Shown here piece after piece: positions 35,960 to 40,616 of a stretch of DNA of 40,616 nucleotides. Location of the stretch: contig JBBSUR010000001.1 of the NCBI GenBank assembly GCA_038234255.1, forward strand, positions 1 through 40,616. Direction: 5' to 3'. This stretch comes from Mycobacteriales bacterium (GTDB taxonomy: Bacteria > Actinomycetota > Actinomycetes > Mycobacteriales > SCTD01). Below the pieces are notes generated by a model. That model searched no databases and was not told where the DNA came from. It saw only the letters and a list, made by a program, of their open reading frames with translations. Position 1 is the first letter of the stretch. Every line of letters starts with the position of its first letter. The position numbers were made by a program, and so were the translations under genes.

Positions 35960-36645
35960 CCGGGATCACGAGGGGGGCGGGGCGCGCGGTCGCCCCGCCA
36001 ACCGAGGACGGCCGCCGCGGACACGGCGACCCAGATCCCGCCGGCGAACACCGCGGCCACGACGTCGCTGAGGTAGTGCACGCCGAGCAGCACCCGGCTG
36101 GCGGCGACGGCGGCGACCGCCAGTCCGGCGAACACCACAGCGCCCGGACGCCAGCGCCCGAGCGCCGGCCAGGCGACGAGCAGCAGGCTCAGGACCAGCA
36201 CGGTGGTGCCCATCGTGTGCCCGCTCGGGAAGCTCGGGCTGGTCTCGACGGCGACGGCCTCCGGCAGGACCGGACGGGCCCGGTCGACCAGCGCCTTGAG
36301 GCCGATGTTGAGGGCGCTTCCGCCGGCGACGGTGAGGACGAGGAAGACCGCGTGCCGCCGTTGCCGGCGGTGCAGCAGCCAGGCGGCGACCAGCAGCACC
36401 AGAGCGGCGCGGACGGCTCCGCCGCCGAGCAGCGTCGTGGCGCGGGCCGCGCTCAGCAGCGCGCCCGAGTCCAGGACGGCCTCGTGCGCCGTCCGCTCGA
36501 CCCGGTCGTCGAGCCGGGCCAGCGGCCCCCACTGCCGGGTGACGAGCAGCGTGAGCAGCAGGAACGGCCCGACCGTCGCCAGCACCACCAGCCCGCTGGC
36601 GACCAGCCGTCCGGCCCGGCGGGCTTCGGGCGCCGGCGCGGTCAC
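35941..36645 (-). CDS. PAP2 superfamily phosphatase (membrane)
   Basis: 234 aa from GTG 36645 (GTGA overlap with the Nudix gene stop). PAP2 motifs KALVDRARP, PSGH and SRVLLGVHYLSD. Multi-TM. The last 19 nt overlap tRNA-Leu on the other strand. Confidence 0.8.
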   Translation of the reverse strand: MTAPAPEARRAGRLVASGLVVLATVGPFLLLTLLVTRQWGPLARLDDRVERTAHEAVLDSGALLSAARATTLLGGGAVRAALVLLVAAWLLHRRQRRHAVFLVLTVAGGSALNIGLKALVDRARPVLPEAVAVETSPSFPSGHTMGTTVLVLSLLLVAWPALGRWRPGAVVFAGLAVAAVAASRVLLGVHYLSDVVAAVFAGGIWVAVSAAAVLGWRGDRAPRPPRDPGARGGS

Positions 36646-37376
36646 GGCCGCAGCATCGCCGGGTGCAGCGACGTCGCTCCGCCCCGGCGGAACAGCGCCG
36701 CCGGACGACCTCCCTCCGGGCCCACCGGTGCTGGCCGGCCGACCGGGACGAGGAAGCCGGGCGTGCCGGTGACCTTGCGGTGGAAGTTGCGCGGGTCCAG
36801 TGGCCGCCCCCACACCGCCTCGTAGACCCCGCGCAGCTCCGCCACGGTGAACTGATCACCTACGAAAGCGGTAGCCAGTGAGGAGTATTCAAGCTTGGCG
36901 CGGGCCCGCTCCACCCCTGCGGCGAGGACTTGCTCGTGGTCGAAGGCGAGCGCCGGGGCATCCACCCGATCGATGGGCACCCACGCCACCGAGCGGGTCC
37001 GCTCGCCGGGCAGCGGGGCTTCCAGGTCGGGGGCGAAGACGAGGTACGCAACGGAGACCACCCGCATGCGCGGGTCCCGGCCGGGTGCCCCGAAGGCGCC
37101 GAGCTGCTCGACATGGGCGGCGTCGCGGCGTACGCCGGTCTCGCGTTCCAGCCGCCGGACCGCGGCGGTGTCCAGGTCCTCCTCCGGCAGGACGAAGCCG
37201 CCCGGCAACGACAGCGCGCCGAGGAACGGGTGGGTGGCGCGTTCGACCAGCAGCACGCTGAACGCGCCGTCCCGCACCGTCAGCAGCACCATGTCCACGG
37301 TCAGCGCGAAGGGCGGGAACTGCGCCGGGTCGTAGGAAGCCAGCCAGCTTCGCTCCGGCGGGGGGACGCGTCGCAC
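36642..37376 (-). CDS. Nudix domain + C-terminal winged-helix protein (NrtR-like regulator)
   Basis: 244 aa from GTG 37376. Nudix fold with a degenerate Nudix box (GGFVLPEEDLDTAAVRRLERETGV). C-terminal segment LEYSSLATAFVGDQFTVAELRGVYEAVWGRPLDPRNFHRKV resembles the NrtR DNA-binding domain. Confidence 0.8.
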   Translation of the reverse strand: MRRVPPPERSWLASYDPAQFPPFALTVDMVLLTVRDGAFSVLLVERATHPFLGALSLPGGFVLPEEDLDTAAVRRLERETGVRRDAAHVEQLGAFGAPGRDPRMRVVSVAYLVFAPDLEAPLPGERTRSVAWVPIDRVDAPALAFDHEQVLAAGVERARAKLEYSSLATAFVGDQFTVAELRGVYEAVWGRPLDPRNFHRKVTGTPGFLVPVGRPAPVGPEGGRPAALFRRGGATSLHPAMLRP

Positions 37377-37451
37377 CGATCGACCCCCCCTCCATGGCGC
37401 TGCTGTGGTTCTGGCGACCCTAAGCCGCAGCAGTCATGGAAAGATGCTCGC

Positions 37452-38312
37452 GTGCCGGAGTTGCCCGAGGTGCAGGCGCTGGTGAGCTTGTTGTCCGAGC
37501 GCGCCCGCGGCCGCACCGTCGCCCGGATCGACGCGCCGGGGATCCATGTGCTCAAGACCTACGACCCGCCGGTCACGTCGCTGGCCGGGCTGGCGATCGA
37601 CGAGGTGGACCGGCATGGCAAGTTCCTCGACCTGTCGGTCTCGGGGCTGCACCTGGTCGTGCACCTGGCCCGGGCCGGCTGGCTCCAGTGGCGCGAGGCG
37701 CTGCCGCCTGCGCCGCCGAAGATGGGCAAAGGACCGCTCGGTCTGCGGGTCCATCTGGACGACGGCAGCGGCTTTGACCTCACCGAGGCCGGTACGCAGA
37801 AGCGGCTCGCCGTCTACGTGGTCCGCGACATCACGGCCGTGCCCGGGATCGCCCGGCTGGGGATCGACCCGTTGTCCGCCGACTTCACTCTGCCAGCGTT
37901 CGCCCGGCTGCTCACCGGCGTGCGGTCGCAGATCAAGGGGGTGCTCACCGACCAGTCTCTGATCGCCGGCGTCGGGAACGCCTACAGCGACGAGGTGCTG
38001 TGGGAGGTAGGGCTGTCGCCGTTCAAGCCGGCGGCGAATCTGACGTCGGCCGAGGTGTCGCGGTTGCACGAGTCGCTTGTGACGACGCTGCGCGAGGCGG
38101 TGCGCCGGGCCGCCGGACTGGCCGCCGGCAAACTCAAGGCGGAGAAGAAGGCCGGCCTGTCGGTGCACGCCCGCACCGGGCTGCCCTGCCCGCGGTGCGG
38201 TGACACGGTGCGTGAGGTGTCCTTTGCCACCAAGTCCCTGCAGTACTGCCCGACCTGCCAGACCGGCGGCCAGCCACTGGCCGACCGTCGCCTGTCCCGG
38301 CTGCTCAAGTAG
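37452..38312 (+). CDS. Fpg/Nei family DNA glycosylase/AP lyase
   Basis: 286 aa from GTG 37452 giving (M)PELPEV. H2TH region (LTDQSLIAGVGNAYSDEVLW). C-terminal zinc finger CPRCG...CPTCQ. The track ORF from 36930 is antisense to the Nudix gene. Confidence 0.9.
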   Translation: MPELPEVQALVSLLSERARGRTVARIDAPGIHVLKTYDPPVTSLAGLAIDEVDRHGKFLDLSVSGLHLVVHLARAGWLQWREALPPAPPKMGKGPLGLRVHLDDGSGFDLTEAGTQKRLAVYVVRDITAVPGIARLGIDPLSADFTLPAFARLLTGVRSQIKGVLTDQSLIAGVGNAYSDEVLWEVGLSPFKPAANLTSAEVSRLHESLVTTLREAVRRAAGLAAGKLKAEKKAGLSVHARTGLPCPRCGDTVREVSFATKSLQYCPTCQTGGQPLADRRLSRLLK

Positions 38313-38381
38313 CGCCCGCACGCGCTCAGTTCAGCTGAGGCTCCCTCGGGCGTGTCCCGTCGGGGTCGGCACACAAGACCT

Positions 38382-38559
38382 GGGCTTGTTGCCACACAGC
38401 GCAACTTTCCGGCAAAGTTGCGCTCCCTGGCAACACCCACTCGCCAAGCATGCCGACCCCGCCGGTTTTTCCACAGGCCCCGCGTCCTCCACATCCTTCA
38501 CATCCGCGACACCCAGCTCCTCACCACGAGCACATCGTGCTGCCGTGGACGTCGGCGCG
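38382..38559 (+). repeat. Copy B of the ~180-bp duplicated element (intact; leader of the XRE gene)
   Basis: Same element as 20765-20945. Contains a perfect 25-bp palindrome GCGCAACTTTCCGGCAAAGTTGCGC (38399-38423), flanked by pairing arms TGTTGCC/GGCAACA. Stem CCACGAGCAC-ATC-GTGCTGCCGTGG (38524-38548) covers the GTG start. Confidence 0.8.
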
Positions 38560-38784
38560 TTGCTCAGGCAGGCGCGGGAGCAGGCCGTGCACACGCAGCG
38601 TCAGCTCGCCGCCCAGTTGGGCGTGCCGCCCTCCACCCTGAGCCGCTACGAGTCCGGTGCGGGGCAGCCGTCGCTGCGGATGCTGGATCGGATCCTTGCG
38701 GGCTGCGGCAAGCAGTTGCACGCGACGCTCGTCCAGCGTCACGCCGATCTCGACGCCGATCTCAATCGTCGTCCCGCCGGGTGA
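38545..38784 (+). CDS. XRE-family helix-turn-helix protein (79 aa; possibly frameshifted)
   Basis: VDVGALLRQAREQAVHTQRQLAAQLGVPPSTLSRYESGAGQPSLRMLDRILAGCG is a classic Cro/C1 HTH. No obvious SD. Coding-like periodicity continues in the +1 frame to 38923. Confidence 0.7.
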   Translation: MDVGALLRQAREQAVHTQRQLAAQLGVPPSTLSRYESGAGQPSLRMLDRILAGCGKQLHATLVQRHADLDADLNRRPAG

Positions 38785-38935
38785 GGACTGGCCGCACGAG
38801 GTCCGGCTGGACGGCGGCCTCGGGCCGCGGCGGGTGGTCCCGGCAGAGCACCTCGGTCCTGCGGACGGGGTGCGGCCGCAGGTGTTGGAGCACTGCTTGC
38901 GCCGCCGCTCCGGACCCACCTGACAGACTCCCGGC

Positions 38936-40342
38936 ATGGCGGACTACGACCTTGTCGTGATCGGTGCCGGCGCGACCGGCTTGGCGGCGGCCCGCGGGGC
39001 GCGCCGGGCCGGACGCCGGGTGGCCCTGGTGGAGGCGGCCCGGCCCGGCGGTGACTGCACGCACTTCGGCTGCGTCCCGAGCAAGGCGCTGCTCGAGACG
39101 GCCCGGCGGGTGAAAGCCGCGAAATCTGGCTCCCGCTATGGCTTCTCGGCAGCGGTGACGGTGGACTTCGCCGCCGTGATGGAGCGGGTCGCCGGCGTCA
39201 TCGCCGAGATCGAGCAGGACGAGTCGCCCGAAGTGTTGGCGTCCGAGGGCATCGACCTGCTGCCCGCTTGGGGGGTGCTGACCGGTCCGACCTCGGTCGA
39301 GGTCGACGGCCGCAGGATCAGCACCGAACGGTTCGTGGTGGCCAGCGGCTCGCGTGCGGCGGTGCCCCCGATCGAGGGGCTGGACACGGTCGACTACCTG
39401 GACAACAAGAACGTCTTCGCGCTGCGCGAGCTGCCCGAGCACCTGCTGGTCCTGGGCGGCGGCCCGATCGGGGTGGAGCTGGCGCAGGCCTTCCGCCGGC
39501 TCGGCGCGCAGGTGACGGTCGTCGAGGCGATGCCCACGCTGCTCAGCCGGGACGAGCCGGAGGCGCAGCAGGTGCTGCGTACCGTCCTGGAGCGCGAGGA
39601 AGTCGTCGTCCGCACCGGCGCCAAGGTGGTCCGGGTCGAGCCCCGCCCGGTCCTGCACCTGGACGACGGGACCACCGTGACCGGGTCGCACCTGCTGGTC
39701 GCCGTGGGCCGTACCCCGTCCACCGACCGGCTCGGTCTCGACACGGCGGGGGTGGTGCTGGACCGGGGCAGGGTCGTCACCGACGACCACCTGCAGGCCG
39801 CAGAGACGGTCTGGGCGGCGGGCGACTGCACCAGTCGGTTGCAGTTCACCCACGTCGGCGACGAGCAGGGCCGGCTGGCCGCGCGCAACGCCTTCGCCGG
39901 CCCGTTGCCCTGGCAGCGGGGGACCTGGGACGACCGGGTCGTCCCGATGGTGACCTTCACCGAGCCGGAGGTCGCCCACGTCGGGTTGACCGAGAGCGCC
40001 GCGGTCGCCCAGCACGGAGCCGGCGTACGGGTGTCGACGTTCTGGGACCGCAAGGGCGACCGGGCGCGTACGGCCGGTGAGACCGACGGCTTCGTGAAGT
40101 TGATCGCGGTGCCGGGCAAGGTCGGCGGGATGGTGCTGGGCAAGCTGGTGGGGATGACGGCGGTCGGGCCGATGGCGGGTGAGCTGATCGCCGAGGGGGC
40201 GCTGTGCATGCGGGCTGGGACGTTGGTCGGCCGGCTCGCCCAAACGATCCACGCCTATCCGACCTGGTCGCTGTCGACCCGGCTCGCCGCCGCGCAGTTC
40301 TTCGATCGAGGCCCCGAGCCGGCCCGCCGCGGACAGGCGTGA
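38936..40342 (+). CDS. Class I pyridine nucleotide-disulfide oxidoreductase (mercuric reductase / dihydrolipoamide dehydrogenase-like)
   Basis: 468 aa. FAD motif DLVVIGAGATGLAAA, redox-active GGDCTHFGCVPSK, NAD motif LLVLGGGPIGVELA and a C-terminal dimerisation region (TIHAYPTWS). Confidence 0.9.
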   Translation: MADYDLVVIGAGATGLAAARGARRAGRRVALVEAARPGGDCTHFGCVPSKALLETARRVKAAKSGSRYGFSAAVTVDFAAVMERVAGVIAEIEQDESPEVLASEGIDLLPAWGVLTGPTSVEVDGRRISTERFVVASGSRAAVPPIEGLDTVDYLDNKNVFALRELPEHLLVLGGGPIGVELAQAFRRLGAQVTVVEAMPTLLSRDEPEAQQVLRTVLEREEVVVRTGAKVVRVEPRPVLHLDDGTTVTGSHLLVAVGRTPSTDRLGLDTAGVVLDRGRVVTDDHLQAAETVWAAGDCTSRLQFTHVGDEQGRLAARNAFAGPLPWQRGTWDDRVVPMVTFTEPEVAHVGLTESAAVAQHGAGVRVSTFWDRKGDRARTAGETDGFVKLIAVPGKVGGMVLGKLVGMTAVGPMAGELIAEGALCMRAGTLVGRLAQTIHAYPTWSLSTRLAAAQFFDRGPEPARRGQA

Positions 40343-40346
40343 CCGC

Positions 40347-40616
40347 ATGCCCCCCGCCCCGCCCGAGGTGCTGGTTGTCGCGCACCGCGGCTGTTCCGCG
40401 GCGCACGCCGAGCACACGTTGGCGGCGTACGAGCTGGCCCTGACCGAAGGCGCGGACTCCCTCGAGTGCGATGTACGCCTCACCCGGGACGGGGTGCTGG
40501 TCTGCGTGCACGACCGCCGGATCGACCGGGTCAGCGATGGCCGAGGCGTGCTCTCGACGCTGGAGCTGGCCGACCTCGCCGATCTGGACTTCGCCTCGTG
40601 GAAGGCCCGACAAAAC
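40347..40616 (+). CDS. Glycerophosphodiester phosphodiesterase family protein (5' part, runs off window end)
   Basis: ATG 40347, open to the window end (90 codons). VVAHRGCSAAHAEHTLAAYELALTEGADSLECDVRLTRDGVLVCVHD matches the GDPD N-terminal HR..E.T and E.D motifs. Not in the ORF track because no stop is reached. Confidence 0.8.
   Translation, partial: MPPAPPEVLVVAHRGCSAAHAEHTLAAYELALTEGADSLECDVRLTRDGVLVCVHDRRIDRVSDGRGVLSTLELADLADLDFASWKARQN

Noticed and set aside
38428-38446. TGGCAAC...TCGCC resembling a sigma-54 (-24/-12) promoter inside the duplicated element
   Set aside because: The spacing and the -12 TTGC element do not fit, and actinobacteria are not known to use sigma-54.
38762-40483. 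573-aa minus-strand ORF
   Set aside because: It is antisense to the well-supported flavoprotein disulfide reductase and the GDPD gene, and its translation is low-complexity Arg/Pro/Gly.

Overview
This window is the chromosomal origin neighbourhood of a high-G+C actinobacterium. It is almost entirely conserved core genes, in the order known from Mycobacterium and Streptomyces. On the minus strand are parB-parA-rsmG-jag and yidC-yidD-rnpA-rpmH. Then follow dnaA, a DnaA-box-rich oriC, dnaN, a gnd-like gene, recF, a DUF721/DciA-like gene, gyrB and gyrA, then DUF3566, tRNA-Ile, a 42-codon small ORF absent from the ORF track, and tRNA-Ala. Next come a GAF-GGDEF cyclase, a possible cwsA-like gene, ppiA, a rhomboid, a thiolase, crgA, DUF881, a sortase, a small membrane ORF and trpG. 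A fully start/stop-overlapped minus-strand operon pknB-pknA-pbpA-rodA-pstP-fhaB-fhaA follows. The window ends with tRNA-Leu, a PAP2-Nudix(NrtR-like) pair, an Fpg/Nei glycosylase, a small XRE gene, a flavoprotein disulfide reductase and a partial GDPD gene. I see no defence island, integrase, transposase or CRISPR array. The items most worth a second look are: (1) a 421-aa LAGLIDADG intein inserted in gyrA right after the catalytic tyrosine; (2) a phased array of 3 direct plus 2 inverted repeats, and a perfect 21-bp double DnaA-box palindrome, in the thiolase/crgA gap; (3) a ~180-bp element present twice 17.6 kb apart, once in front of an XRE gene and once as a truncated remnant next to tRNA-Ala; (4) an operator-like array upstream of the thiolase; (5) several start-codon or frameshift oddities. 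Many long track ORFs are antisense or out-of-frame artefacts of the high G+C content. Gene starts were chosen from stop/start overlaps, SD-like motifs and third-position G/C. No homology search was possible, so family calls rest on motifs I recognise by eye.
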